Source: Lepidodermella squamata | Taxonomy: Eukaryota; Animalia; Gastrotricha | DNA length: 64,000 nt | Direction of reading: 5' to 3' | NCBI GenBank assembly: GCA_047495785.1 | Contig: JBLDXI010000042.1 | Coordinates: 4,464,001-4,528,000 of the forward strand | Shown: positions 51,674-64,000 of the stretch, one piece after another | How the letters are laid out: each line of letters begins with the position of its first letter | How positions within the stretch are numbered: position 1 is the stretch's first letter | Made by a program: the position numbers and the translations under genes | The notes under the pieces: model-generated | The model's database searches: none | What the model saw: the letters and a program-made list of their open reading frames with translations, nothing else | What the model was told of the DNA's origin: nothing

Positions 51674-51995
51674 TTTTTCATCCGACCAATGTCTTTTTTT
51701 ATTCGACCAATGTCTTATTTCATCCGACAACCAAAAATTTGACTAAAATCATCCGACATGAAAATATCGATTTTCTCGATTTTCTCAAGTTCGATTTTTC
51801 CGTAGGGGCATATCCATTTTATGGGCCCTATTTTGGCCCCCTGAACCGGCGGAATTTTATGGTGAAAGATTCATGGCGATCTGAGTTGTCACTTTTTTGC
51901 TGTAATTTTTTGAAAATATGAAAAAGCAAGTCGGCTGGTTTTAGTCACATTTTCAGTTGTCGGATGAAATAAGGCATTGGTCGGATGAAAAAAGT
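51674..51995. mobile_element. MITE-like element with TIRs and subterminal TCCGAC repeats; a hAT-like end (CAGTGGCGTAGCCAG) lies at about 51508
   Basis: CTTTTTCATCCGACCAATG and CATTGGTCGGATGAAAAAAG are inverted termini. Confidence 0.65.
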
Positions 51996-52413
51996 TTCCC
52001 CCCTCTCTTCCCCTGATTTTCATTGACTCTCTGTTGGAACGAGTCAAACATTTTTAAGCCAAGGATGTTACTCCATCTTTCAAAGTAATTGCTTTCAAGA
52101 AGTAAGCTTGGATGACTCGACTATTTTTGTACCGTTGTTAGATATCATATTTCTTCTCAGAGTTTTACAGGTCATTTCGGCATGGTGGTATTATACAGGA
52201 AAAACGCCAGTGGAACATCTGCTGCCTTGGGTAAATACTCCTATAACGTTTTATGCCTATAATTCAATGAAAACAGCCGTATTTCTCGTAAGAATGCTTA
52301 TCCCATTGAGCAGCCTTAAATTTATTATTTATTGGAGCAATTTATAGAGGAAATTTTACGTATCAAACGCATGGCTCTTGCTCAACACTTCAGAAGTTAG
52401 ATCTCACCAATAA

Positions 52414-53893
52414 ATGTCTGAGAAAACGGTTGACGAATACCCAATGGAATCAACTCCATCAGAGCCCGAAAAGGAAGGGCTTTTGAAAGACGAAGACTCA
52501 GCCGAAGAATATCCTAGCGACTATCAAGACGTTGGCGAAAGCCATCCACCAACAACCGAGTTCGAAACCTTCGTCAATTTCATGAAGGGTAACATTGGCA
52601 CAGGGATTCTGGTTTTGCCGGATGCCATTAAGAACGCAGGCCTGCTTTTCGGAACAGCATGCCTCATGGCGATTGGTGTTCTCGCGACTTATTGCTGTCA
52701 TCAACTTCTCCACGTTTTCGTGGCTGTTTCCGATGGCAAGCCGATGAGTTACGCGAGAGTTGCGGAGGTAACTTTCTTCAGAGCTGGTGGTCGGCTTCGG
52801 AGCTTCTCCAAAGGAGCTCGGTTAACTATCGATGCATTCCACGTCATTACCCAACTTGGCGCTTGCTGCATTTACTTGGTATTCTCCTCCAAGTAGGTCG
52901 CCACAGTCAGAAGCTTTTCTAATGCATGTTTTCTTGAATTCAGGATGATAAAACAAGTGGTTGATAGCCAAATCACGCATGACTCAGGTCCGCCGATTCA
53001 AGTTTACATGACCGCAGTCTTCTGCCTGTTAGTCCCTTACTGCTTCGTGACAACCCTGAAACTAATGGCATATTTCACGATGTTTGCAAATGTCGCCTCG
53101 ATAACGACTCTGTTAGTCGTTTTACAGTACGTTTTCCGAAATCTTCAGTCTATTGAAAACGTAGATTGGTATCCTAAGGATTTCGCGAAACTTCCGGTAA
53201 GTTTCTTTCTGGGGAATTTCTTTAACTGAGCCTTCATCTAAATAGCTGTTTTTCGGGAGTGCTATGTTTGCATTCGAAGCCGTTGTATTCGTTTTACCAA
53301 TGGAAAATCGCATGAAAAACAAGCATGCCTTCCATTACTGGAACGGTCTGCTATCGACAGGCATGGCTTGCATCACCTGCATCTACTGCACCATGGGCTT
53401 CTTCGGTTACCTAGCATTCGGTGCCGATGCAAAAATGGTCCTATCTAACATGCCGGGCACCAGCTGGCTGTACCTTTCAATCAAACTGTTCTACGGCGTT
53501 TCGATTTTCATTTCCTACAACCTTCAGCTTTACGTACCTGTTCAAATTTTGTACCCAGGCCTGCGCAAAATTATCGACCGCCCGTGGTTCGACCGGTTTG
53601 GCGAGTATGTTTTGCGAGCGATTTTGGTCGCGCTGACTTACATACTAACGATTGGCGTGCCGTGCCTCGAGCTTATGATCAGCTTGATGGGCGCATGCAC
53701 TTCAAGCGGCCTTACCCTGATTTTTCCGCCTATTCTTGAAGTTGTGGTCAATTTCGACAAGTTAACGCCATGGCTGGTCATCAAAAACACGTTAATCGCC
53801 TTGATAGGCCTTTCTGGCTTGATTTTAGGCACGCAAACATCCATAAGTTCGATCCTAACTGCTCTTAGCAAATCTTGGGACTGTGACGGTTGA
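52414..53893 (+). CDS. Proton-coupled amino acid transporter (SLC36/PAT family), copy 1; exons 52414-52892, 52944-53196, 53246-53893
   Basis: KGNIGTGILVLPDAIKNAG, TQLGACCIY, FFGSAMFAFE, LPMENRMK, GFFGYLAFG and LIFPP. Confidence 0.93.
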
Positions 53894-53911
53894 AAAGATT
53901 GATTTTATTCG

Positions 53912-55222
53912 TTAATTAGGGATTAGAACTAAAATTAGAACTATTATAGTAACAGAGGCACCAGCTAATACAAAGATGGAAAAGAAAACAATGTCGAAAA
54001 AGCGGCTCTTTTTAATTTGCTTGCTCCAAAATTTGACGTATTGATGCTTGAAGAAGTCGCGTCTCGATAGATCGCAGCTAATCAGCGTGTAAGTTGTACA
54101 AACCACGCCGAGGAACAGCTGGAACTGTAGATACATCATCGCGTAGGAAATCTCTGAGGATTTCGGCAGCATTGAGTTCATGATGGAGAGAAGGAATATG
54201 TAAGCCAGAACTACAGTAACGCAAAATATCGCTCGATCTGCCATGCTTGGTGGTAGAATGATCGAAACGGTTAGGAGAAACAACAGGGCGAATCCCGGGC
54301 AGAATATGATGGCGAAATACATTTCAGGGCGGCGTTTGAATTTGAAATAGAACAGGCATGAACTGAATTCACTGCCTGCCTCTGAAATCGCATATTGGTA
54401 ATTGTTAACTTCTACAGCGTTCCATGAAGCTATGAGTTGCCATACTTCGGCTGGAGAAATGAATGAAGTGACCTCTTCTGGGGATAAAAGCTGCGTCTTG
54501 TTTTCCATTAATCTGTACTTGACTCTGGATGTCGGAAGCCAAGACTCAAACTGGACAGCGCAAGTTTGCTCGTCGAACGGAAACTTCTTCAGCCTGTGTC
54601 GAGGAATGGTAAGTTGGTCCGCAAATTTTCCCTAATCATCTTACTTGAGTTGACAAAATGAAGAGAATGTACCAACTAGAGGGATGTAAACCATTCCGCT
54701 GGATGCGTAGCTGGTGTGCCCGAATTCTTGTATCATCCTTATATTTTTGGTAGATTTTGGTAGACATTCTTACTTTTATTAAAAGCAATACCTCTCAGCC
54801 TGCCAGTAACTTTGCTGGTCCCGAGACCTAGTTGCTACCAGGGATGGATACCATCCAAGTGTCGAGGGCTTTTCAAATTGTTTAATTCCAACCTCAGTAG
54901 CATTCCATTTCGCACAAGGATGCTTCCAGATGATGTCTACTTCTGCCAAGATGGTGAAACTGAAATACAGTACTTGGGATTGTTCCAATTGAATTATAAT
55001 TCAAATGTACGTTTGATCAGGATCGTTGATTTCGTGAAATCGAATCGGGTAAAAGTTTACAGTTACTTCAACAACATCGCCAAGGTTTCGCATTGGCGGG
55101 TTGTAGCTTGACAGGCTGCATGTTTCAGTTATATTTGTGACAAAAGCATCTTCAGCTGGCGTAAATCCATAACTGGGGACAAGGAATGTGCTGAAAAGTA
55201 GTGCATTAGCGAATAACGTCAT
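53912..55222 (-). CDS. Divergent Cys-loop pentameric ligand-gated ion channel subunit, 4 exons
   Basis: Signal peptide, YNPP, WxP, spliced Cys-loop CQLKLKKFPFDEQTC (C-x13-C), FKRRP, four TM segments and PKSS after M2. Confidence 0.88.
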
Positions 55223-55694
55223 TTCAATTCAAAAAGGCCGAATGCGCTTTCCCAATCGTTGGTTTGCGATGATTCCTCAAGGGAGCACACCTATGACTGA
55301 ATCAACCTATAACCATTTACCTCTAATTATCGATCCATCCGCTGGCTTTTTTGTTCTGTCAATCAAAGTACCCATTGCACCACCTGTATTTTCGCAAAAA
55401 TCTGAGAAATTGTTAAGAATTTCGGTTGATTGACTCCTATCGCATACCAGGCAAGTTGAGGAATCGTGAGAATTTATAGCATGAAAGGTTTTATCGTCTT
55501 AAACGATACCACGCTGTGCGACAGCTGGCTATTTCTAATACTAACACGAATTATCGATCTTTCTCTAACTGAGAAGCAAGAACTTCTATTCCATATTCCA
55601 AATGATGGTAATGGGCTTCTAAGGATCTTCAATAATGTCGCGATACCATAGCGTCTTTCTCTGAACTTCGCATTCTGAGGAACCGGTGTTTGAG

Positions 55695-57220
55695 ATGCCC
55701 TCTGAATCTTCAGTACCGAGCCTAATGCCTGATACAGCATTTAATGGGGACGAAGAACCGTTACTGAATAAACGAAACCCGGAAAAACTTAATGAACCAG
55801 AATCACTAAGCGAAGAAGCCGTCCATGACTACCACGATGGTGGAGAAGACCATCCACCAACAACTGTATTCGAAACCGTTATAAATTTCATGAAGGGCAA
55901 CATTGGAACAGGTGTATTGGTAATGCCTGAAGCCATCAAACACGCAGGGCTTATATTCGGCACCGCCTGCCTCATGGCCCTCGGCCTTCTCGCAACTTAC
56001 TGCTGCCATCAAATTCTTCATGTTTACACCAAAGTTTCAAATGGCAAGCCGATGGGCTACTCAAGGGTTGCTGAGGTAACGTTCTTCAAAGCTGGTGGGA
56101 AATTTCGCAGATTCTCCAACGCTGCGAGATGCATTATCGACTCCTTCCTCGTCATTACTCAGATGGGTGTTTGCTGTGTATACATCTTGTTTTGCTCCAG
56201 GTTTGAATAGAAAGTAAATGATCTTTATCCCGTAATAGACAATTTCTGTTCCAAAGGGTGATCAAACAAGTGGTCGATAGTCAACTGATTCCCGAAACAA
56301 GTCCGGCAATTAGACTGTACTCAACGGCCCTACTTGGCATCCTGATTCCTTACTGCTTTGTCAAAACTCTGAAACTACTGTCAATATTCACGCTGTTTGC
56401 TAACATCTCAACGATCGTGACTTTAGCCGTAGTTATGCAGTACTTATTCCGAAATTTGAAACCTATCGATACCGTTGCATGGTATCCTGCTAATTTAGCC
56501 TCTGTTTCGGTGAGTTTTAATACGATGAATATACACTTTCGGGTTATTCTTCTGCTATTCTAGCTATTTTTCGGGACTTCAATCTTTGCTTTCGAGGCAA
56601 TTGGGTTGATTCTACCCATCGAAAATCGAATGAAGGATCGCATCGCCTTCCACTATTGGAATGGAGTGATGTCGATTTGCATGAGTCTGATCATCGGCTT
56701 GTACTGCGCAATCGGATTTTTCGGCTATCTTACATTCGGAGCAGATTCTCGAATGATCCTGTCGAATCTGCCAGATAACAGCTGGCTGTATTTATCAGTC
56801 AAGCTTCTCTACGCTTCAGCAATTTTTATATCCTATAACCTACAGCTCTATGTTCCTGTCCAAATCATGTTCCCAGCAGTTCGGAACTTCGTGAATCGGA
56901 ATTGGTTTGACGTATACGGGGAGTACATATTCCGGATATTTCTGGTCTTCCTTACTTACATTCTTGCGATTACCATACCATGTCTAGAACTGATGATCAG
57001 TTTGATCGGGGCGTTTGCTTCATGTGGCCTTGCCTTAATTTTTCCTCCAGTTCTCGAAGTCATATCGTGCTTCCATGACGACCATCGTATAACCCATTGG
57101 CTTGTCGTTAAAAACTTGCTGATCTGTTTGACGGGCCTTGCTGGTACTATTTTCGGCACTTATTCCTCTGTTCAAGCAATAGTCACGGCTTTGCAACAAC
57201 CGGGCGGATGTCAAATGTGA
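55695..57220 (+). CDS. Proton-coupled amino acid transporter (SLC36/PAT family), copy 2; exons 55695-56200, 56257-56509, 56564-57220
   Basis: Paralog of copy 1 with the same intron positions; KGNIGTG, FFGTSIFAFE, LPIENRMK. Confidence 0.93.
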
Positions 57221-57938
57221 ATAATTGATTTTTAATCGCCTGGCATTCTTATAATTTCATTATGATTTCATTACAAATTTCGAATATGCTGCTGAGTAAA
57301 AACTTGGAAATTGAGGAATGTGTTGAGGACGTTAAATTAAAGAACTGAATGAAAGTTTCAAGAAGATTCACGACTTTCACGCAGCCATTTTCGCAATGTC
57401 GAGAATGCTTGGTCATTGCTTGGCGAATCAGGGTTGAAATATGGCGGCAATATCAGGAGAGCTCCGCTGTATTTCTGACTCTTCGACACCCCCTATCAAA
57501 TTACAAAGCAGACGCTCAATTATAAACGCTCATTCTTTGCCTCGAGCTGATAAAAGCGTGGTCTATATATCGTCCTCGGACTAATGATAGGTGATATTTT
57601 CAGCGATAGCTGACGAACTACTGACTGTCAGTTATCAGCGGAGATACGTGGCATTTTCATTAGTCCAATGCTGTATTCAATTTTGTCGGTGAGATTTACG
57701 GGCTCAAGCCAATTAAACACAGGCGGGGATGTTGCCAGTAGCGAAGCTGAACTGTGGGCGCTAATACCAGCAATCCTACGAGCTACTTTTCTGCGGTGAA
57801 CGTGCGGTGATCCACTCCTCTAATGACTCAATGTTTTCCCAAATATCACGTTCAACTGGATATGATAAAAGTAGGGGAGGGGGTGTACTGGTTGGGGCTC
57901 TCGAAAATCATTCCATGACATTTTCGTCGGACTAAACA

Positions 57939-60203
57939 ATGTCTCGAGATCAGTTTCTTTTTCTTAGTGCAGCATTTGTTTTGCTAAGAATTTCGGCCGC
58001 GGAAAATTCCACGAAATTGAGAGTTTTAACGATGTCACCCATCACCAGGACTGATGCTAGGCTGCAGTCCGCTTGGATCGCAACATGTCAATATGTCGCT
58101 GAAAAAGTCAACGCGCGCAGCGATATCCTACGCGATTATACAATCGAATTCGACGTTCGGGATGAGTTCAATGGCGCACAGACCGTTCAACGCTTAATCG
58201 AATTCCGCCGAGATAACTCGATCCTACAGTCACCATTAGCAGCAGGTCCAGCCAGTTCGTTGGGGTGCAAAGCCATAGGCCCTGTGTTACATAGACTCGA
58301 ATTAATGACGGTCTCACCGCTTTGCGTAGCTGCTAATTTGTACGAAAATCCTTTGTACCCCAACTTGTTTCTGAGTCTTACAAGTGCGAAAACCACTGCG
58401 ATGGCAATGCTAGCTTTCGTTGAAAAAATCGGTAGATGGAGGCAAATAGCAATTGTCGCATCAGCTATCAGTCTCGAGCTGTCGACAGCACTTTTTACGC
58501 AGGATCGAGCTGCTGCATCCGGGATCAGCGTACTTTTCTTCGACTTGATGAACGAGGCCACGCCAGAATTTCTAGCTAATCTGAAATCAACTGGACTTCG
58601 CATAATACTGGTGCCAACGACTAATTCCCCGCTTTTCACGCAATTTCATTGCGAAGCATATAAAGCCGGAATTTTTGGACAGCGCTACGTCTTCTTGAGC
58701 TTTTCACTATCATTTTCGCTTGATGCACCCCCTGGGTGTTCAACGGCAATATTGATGGAGCAAGTAAGGCAGACCTTTTATTTCGGTAATTCAGCGACGC
58801 CGAAGAATTACGGAGTTGTAAGTGATCTTGGCGATACGGCTGAGCAATTCGAATTATTCTTGTCGAAATCACACTCCGTTAGGCCAGGAGAATACTTGAC
58901 ATTCTATTTACTTCGCGACACGCTGGCAAGCATTGCAGTAGCACTCGACGAAACCGATATACGCCTGAAAAATTCTATGAACATGTCCCTTAGGAACTAT
59001 TCTGATAGGCCAGAAATCGTGGCTAGGGTCGCGAAGGAAGCCTTACTGGATAAGGAGTACTTGGGGCTTCGTGTCGGTCGAATGCGTTACTATAAAACCG
59101 GCGGAATTTCCGGAGATTTCCGAGTCGCAACTCAATGGACGCAACGTAATGGAACCCAGGTTGTAGGTTCGATCCAGCTTAGGCAAAATTACAGCTCTGA
59201 GGAGACCAGCCAGAATTATGCGCTTCAGCAAGGTGCGAAAATAGAATGGATCTCAGGGTCTGCACCTCGTGATCAACCAGATATTCTGAAACAATTTCTG
59301 GCGGTTCCTATTTCCATTTCTATACCTATTTGGATTCTGGCTTCCTTAGCTACCTTAATCCTAGCCGGCTGTGTATTGGGCATTGTTTTCAAAGGACCTT
59401 CAAATCTTCATCTGAAATCAACCCTGTTAGGATTTTCAGGTTGCCTAACGCTGAATATCTCAGCGGCAGTGTTCGCTCTGGATGTAACCCATTCTATTGT
59501 TATCGTTAGCTTTCTAATGTTAGGAATATCCCTTTCATTGATTAGCGGATGCATAGTAGCTCATTTCTTTATTTGGAACTCTGGTCATCAAACGAAACGA
59601 CTTCATGACCTGTCTCGTAAGTCGGCTACGACCCGAACTTTTGCCGCTACCAATCAAACTAGGTCTAGCAATCGAGCAACATCTGTCTTCGAATTTGAAG
59701 TTCCACCGGATTTCAACCGGAAACTTCTTGCAACGAATTTCGGAATAGCTATTCCTTCAATATTTTTGATGGTAGCTTGGGCAGTTATATCTAATCCTGA
59801 ATGCCGGCAAGTTTTGGCGTCAACGCCGACCAATGACGAAATCTCTGATACTATTGGTGAGAATTGGATCGTGAAGTGCACAACAAGCTCAGTTTCCTTG
59901 GCGTTGTTGGGTGCTTTTGGGGCCGTTCAAATCATTCAGCTTCTGATAAGCCTTTTATTAGCTTACAGTTTGAAGCAACTACGCAGTGTTGTAGAGGTTC
60001 GGGACGAGTACCTGGCACTAAGCACTTCTGCAGCTCTTATTTCGACTCTGCTACCAGCTGGGATTTTGATAGCAATACTCTTAAGCAACGACTCGATAAA
60101 GCAACAAGCTGCTATTGGATACCTGTCCGTCATCATGTCGATATGTGTTTCGATCGCTCTGCTTTATCCGAACAGAAATAAGTTGATTCAAGCGGCTCTC
60201 TGA
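57939..60203 (+). CDS. Intronless GABA-B-receptor-like class C GPCR (Venus flytrap + 7TM), 754 aa
   Basis: Signal peptide, VNARSDILRDY, GPASS, YPNLF, LKSTGLRII, CEAYKAGIFGQRYVF, IEW....PRD, then seven hydrophobic helices; no Cys-rich domain. Confidence 0.88.
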   Translation: MSRDQFLFLSAAFVLLRISAAENSTKLRVLTMSPITRTDARLQSAWIATCQYVAEKVNARSDILRDYTIEFDVRDEFNGAQTVQRLIEFRRDNSILQSPLAAGPASSLGCKAIGPVLHRLELMTVSPLCVAANLYENPLYPNLFLSLTSAKTTAMAMLAFVEKIGRWRQIAIVASAISLELSTALFTQDRAAASGISVLFFDLMNEATPEFLANLKSTGLRIILVPTTNSPLFTQFHCEAYKAGIFGQRYVFLSFSLSFSLDAPPGCSTAILMEQVRQTFYFGNSATPKNYGVVSDLGDTAEQFELFLSKSHSVRPGEYLTFYLLRDTLASIAVALDETDIRLKNSMNMSLRNYSDRPEIVARVAKEALLDKEYLGLRVGRMRYYKTGGISGDFRVATQWTQRNGTQVVGSIQLRQNYSSEETSQNYALQQGAKIEWISGSAPRDQPDILKQFLAVPISISIPIWILASLATLILAGCVLGIVFKGPSNLHLKSTLLGFSGCLTLNISAAVFALDVTHSIVIVSFLMLGISLSLISGCIVAHFFIWNSGHQTKRLHDLSRKSATTRTFAATNQTRSSNRATSVFEFEVPPDFNRKLLATNFGIAIPSIFLMVAWAVISNPECRQVLASTPTNDEISDTIGENWIVKCTTSSVSLALLGAFGAVQIIQLLISLLLAYSLKQLRSVVEVRDEYLALSTSAALISTLLPAGILIAILLSNDSIKQQAAIGYLSVIMSICVSIALLYPNRNKLIQAAL

Positions 60204-60583
60204 CAAATGTATTGGTAGAATAGCATGAATCTCGTTGCAAATTTTCATAGGTAATAATGCTTAATGCTACATTGGCGCTGTAATAAGAACCTGCTTTTTC
60301 GGGGTTTTGCAATTTCATTTTTATTTCAATAGATCAAATAAAATCGTAAGGAATCTTCAAACTCAAAAAAGATATGAACTCGAAACTGCTAAACAAAGAA
60401 TAATTGCCGCTTCTTTTGCCGCAAAGAACTTCTTTTGTTCACAGCGAGGATATATTGTGAAAAATTGAAAAATTATGTTTTTTAATCTAAATCAGGAGAG
60501 ATTATTGATTAAACGTAAGTCGAGTATCGATTTGAATTTTGAGTTATATGAAAACTGTTGGTACTTCTGGAAGATTCCAAATC

Positions 60584-61976
60584 TTATGCAGTCATTTTCC
60601 CGATAAAATAGCCGTCAACGATAGCCAGAGTCACAATAACAACCGCAGCGATGATGCAATCCAAAAGACGGCCAGTCTTCGCAAAATTCCGAAATCGAAG
60701 TTCTTTAGAAGCATCACTCGGCAAAACAAAGTTGCTATCCACATCCGCATAGATGAGAGAAGTTAAAATTTGGTAGAAGGTAAGCAATAAAGAAACGACG
60801 AATTTTCCGGCTATGAGATTGACGAGATAAACAGTCTCCGAAGTCTGAGGGATGCGGTCGAAAACCATTGCCATGACTACGGCATAAGACAGTACGATAG
60901 TAACGCTGAAACTGACTCGATCCGTTCGACCAGGAGGCATCAACATGCTGGCCAGTTGCATGGCATAAAGCGAGAATATCGGGAGGAAGATGCTTGTGTA
61001 GAAATAATAAGGTTTTCGAACGAATTTTATGTTAAACTTGATTCGAGGGAATGACACGCCGCCAGCTTGTGTTTGATTTGTAACTTCCACTGGTAAAAGG
61101 CCTCCTAGCGCCCAAATGTCTGTATCTCCGATGAAGGTCTCTTCCGCTGATGGGTCGATAAGAAAATCGTTAGCTTCGACGACTTGGGCGGAAGTGTCGA
61201 GCTCAGCATCCAAGTAGATGCCGCATACCAATGTATCAAAAGGGAACTTTTGGAAGGAAAAATCTCCACAGGCTATATCAAATCTTCCCATGGTTGTGTA
61301 CATGGCCGGATCTTCTGATGATAGGGGGGAAACGACCACGTAACGGCTGGATTGCCTGTAAATTTCTTGCTCATTAATAGTGAACGCTTCGTCGAATCGA
61401 GTGACTTACGATTCAATGGATCTAGGAACGTTGAAAGCGTTCATGTGGACGAAACTTGGATACCTTAAGTCAATCATGTATAAACAGATAAAGGCAATAA
61501 CAATGTGCTTCATTCATACCATGTATCTGCGAATGGAATCTGGAAAGACAGTGAGAAAGGTTTCGTGTCATTCCGACTGCAGTAGGGCGAGACTTCGCCA
61601 ACCAACTGAGAGCACTCAACCCTCGGACATGGGTAATCCCAAAACATGACAATAGAAGCCCAAAGCGACAATCTGCAGTTTTGAAAGTAGCAAAAAATTT
61701 CAGCGCCTATAAATGTTACCTCTGGTCCTTATCGTTTATTTCGATCATCCTGTAAAGCGCAGCTCCCATTTTTACTTTCACTGGATCGCCTTTGATTAAC
61801 AACCAATCAGCTGGTAATGAAAGCGAAGTAACTGCCGGACACATGCTGACGTAGTTTGCTTTAAGAATCTCCGTTGGAAGCGAGCTGTTCGTGGGAATAT
61901 TCGAAATGATTACTGGCTTCACATAGAAGAGCTGAAGCGAGGTGATCAGAAAATTCAATGTTAACTTGGTTAGCAT
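60584..61976 (-). CDS. Divergent pentameric ligand-gated ion channel subunit, paralog A, 4 exons
   Basis: Exons splice in frame; WYP, CGDFSFQKFPFDTLVC, FVRKP, M2 DRVSFSVTIVLS, IPQTS, four TMs. Confidence 0.88.
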
Positions 61977-62391
61977 TGCCTTGTTTGATTGAAATAATGT
62001 ATTTTCTCGGAATTATAATTTTGACTTCAATTAACTGCGTTAGTCATGTACTTATCACCCTAAACAGCTGAAACAATTGATAGATGTGCGAACGTAGACG
62101 AATGACGATAGATACAAAGGATCGTCATGTTTGCGAATTGACGTCATCTATAATTTGAATTACGCCAGCACATAGTTCGGCCTTTGTGACTTGTCTTAAG
62201 TCAGTACATCTTTAGTATGAACATGTTTCATTTGTATTGGAAATCATGAAGAGCACATGTTTTTCATTACCATCAGCACATAAGGCAGATTAATGAAAAT
62301 GCAGAAAAATATGAAGCATGTCGAATAGCCGGAATTGGCTCAAAATATATGGGATATTACAAAATATGTATCAGGAGATATTACAATAACT

Positions 62392-63778
62392 TCACGAAAT
62401 CATTTTCCCAATACAAAAGCCATCGAAAACTATGAGTGACAAAATTACTAAGGCGACAACAATGCAATCCTGAAGTCGACCTGTCCTTGCAAAATGTTTG
62501 AATCGAACCTCTTTAGAAGGATCACTTGGCATAACAAAGCCGCTATCCGCATCGGCATAGATAACAGATGTTAAGATTTGGTAGATCGTTAGTACCAAAG
62601 CGACAATGAATTTTCCGGTAACAATATTTACGAGGTAAACAGTCTCTGAAGTCTGAGGGATGCGATCGAAAACCATTGCCAGAACTACAGCGTAAGACAG
62701 AACAACAGTAACGCTGAAACTGACTCGATCCAGTTTACCGGGTGGCATCAACATGCTGGCCAATTGCATGACATAAAGAGAATAGATCGGAAGAAAGATG
62801 CTCATGTAGAAATAGTACGGTTTTCTGACGAATTTGATGTTGAACTTGATCCGTGGGAATAAAACATCTCCAGCTTGTGACTGGTTAGAAACCTCCGGTG
62901 GCAGTAGGCGATCCAGCTTCCAAATGTCTGTATTCCCAAGGAAAGTTTCTTTTGCAGAAGGGTCGATCTCGAACGTGTGAGGCTCGACGACCATAATAGT
63001 AGTGTCAAGCTCAGCATCGAAGGTGATTCCACATACCAAAGTGTCGAAAGGGAATTTCTCGAATGAAAAATCTCCGCAGGCAATGTCAAATCGTCCCACG
63101 GTTGTGTACATAGCTGGATCCTCTGGCGACAAAGGTGAAACCACAACATAACGACTGGATTGCCTGTTGGTTCAGTAAAATTGTAAAGCTTGTATTGTCT
63201 CAAATTTGACTTCCTACGATTCTATCGTTCGCGGCTGGTAGAATGCGTTCATGTGAACAAAGGTTGGATACCTTGAAGGCAGTCGATAAAAAGATTGTGA
63301 GGAAATATCTCATTATATACTTACCAAGTCTCTGAAAACGGGATTGGAAAATACAAGGAGAAGAATTTTGTGTCATTCCGGCTGCAGTAAGTCGAGTTCT
63401 CTCCAACCAACTGAGAACACTCAACCCTCGGGCATGGATAATCCCAAAAAATGCCGAAAGAAGCCCAAAGCGACAATCTATAATTTTGAAAGTTGAAATA
63501 GCTATTTTCAACGCCGTTAAATTTTACCTCTGGTCCTTATCGCTAATTTCGATCATCCTGTAAAGAGCAGCGGCCATTTTTACTTTCACTGGATCGCCTT
63601 TGAGTAGCAACCAATCAGCTGGTAATGCTAGCGAAGTAACTGGCGGACACATGCTGATGTAATTGGCTTTTAAAATCTCCGTTGGAAGCGAACTGTTTGG
63701 AGTAATGTTTGGAATTACTATCGACGTGGCATGACTTCGCAGCGTCATACATAGTAGCAGAATCATTTTACGCATCAT
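62392..63778 (-). CDS. Divergent pentameric ligand-gated ion channel subunit, paralog B, 4 exons
   Basis: Tandem paralog of 60584-61976 with the same intron positions; CGDFSFEKFPFDTLVC and M2 DRVSFSVTVVLS. Confidence 0.88.
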
Positions 63779-64000
63779 TTTACAGAAATATTAAAAACCA
63801 AATTTGAAGTTATTTTGTTTCTTTGGACTATTTCGCATTATTCTCACGTGTTCCGATCCTTACAGCTGAAGAAACATTTGATTCCTGGTGTCAGCGTTTT
63901 GCTAGCTTTTCAGAATTGTATTAGCTGCAAAAAAGTAAGCTATAGTGATGGCGAAATTACTATAGCAATTATAAGCATTTGCGTCACTGCTGGTACAAAC

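Overview
Eukaryotic genomic DNA from an invertebrate animal with compact GT-AG introns; the species cannot be named from sequence alone. Left to right: the 3' part of a GCC2/GCC185 GRIP golgin; an EEF1AKMT4-like methyltransferase; a field of decayed transposon, gene and orphan-ORF fragments (about 4-18 kb); AMMECR1; an intronless CpG-poor orphan ORF that may be an endogenous viral element; NDUFB9; LLPH; an 11-exon KIF28-like kinesin-3 ending in a CaaX box; an intact 7-exon gene for a probable mitochondria-targeted coiled-coil + PD-(D/E)xK nuclease; a CFAP57 pseudogene fragment; a decayed RTE-like LINE; a frameshifted ankyrin-repeat gene; a divergent class A GPCR; and a compact cluster of two SLC36 transporters, three divergent pentameric ligand-gated channel subunits and a GABA-B-like class C GPCR. 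A secreted 16-Cys peptide gene, not captured whole by the ORF track, is nested antisense in a GCC2 intron. The strongest novelty candidates are the nuclease gene (28437-30864), the orphan ORF with possible stop readthrough (17857-18501) and the nested Cys-rich peptide (6837-7506). Gene models were spliced by hand and family calls rest on remembered motifs; no database searches were run.
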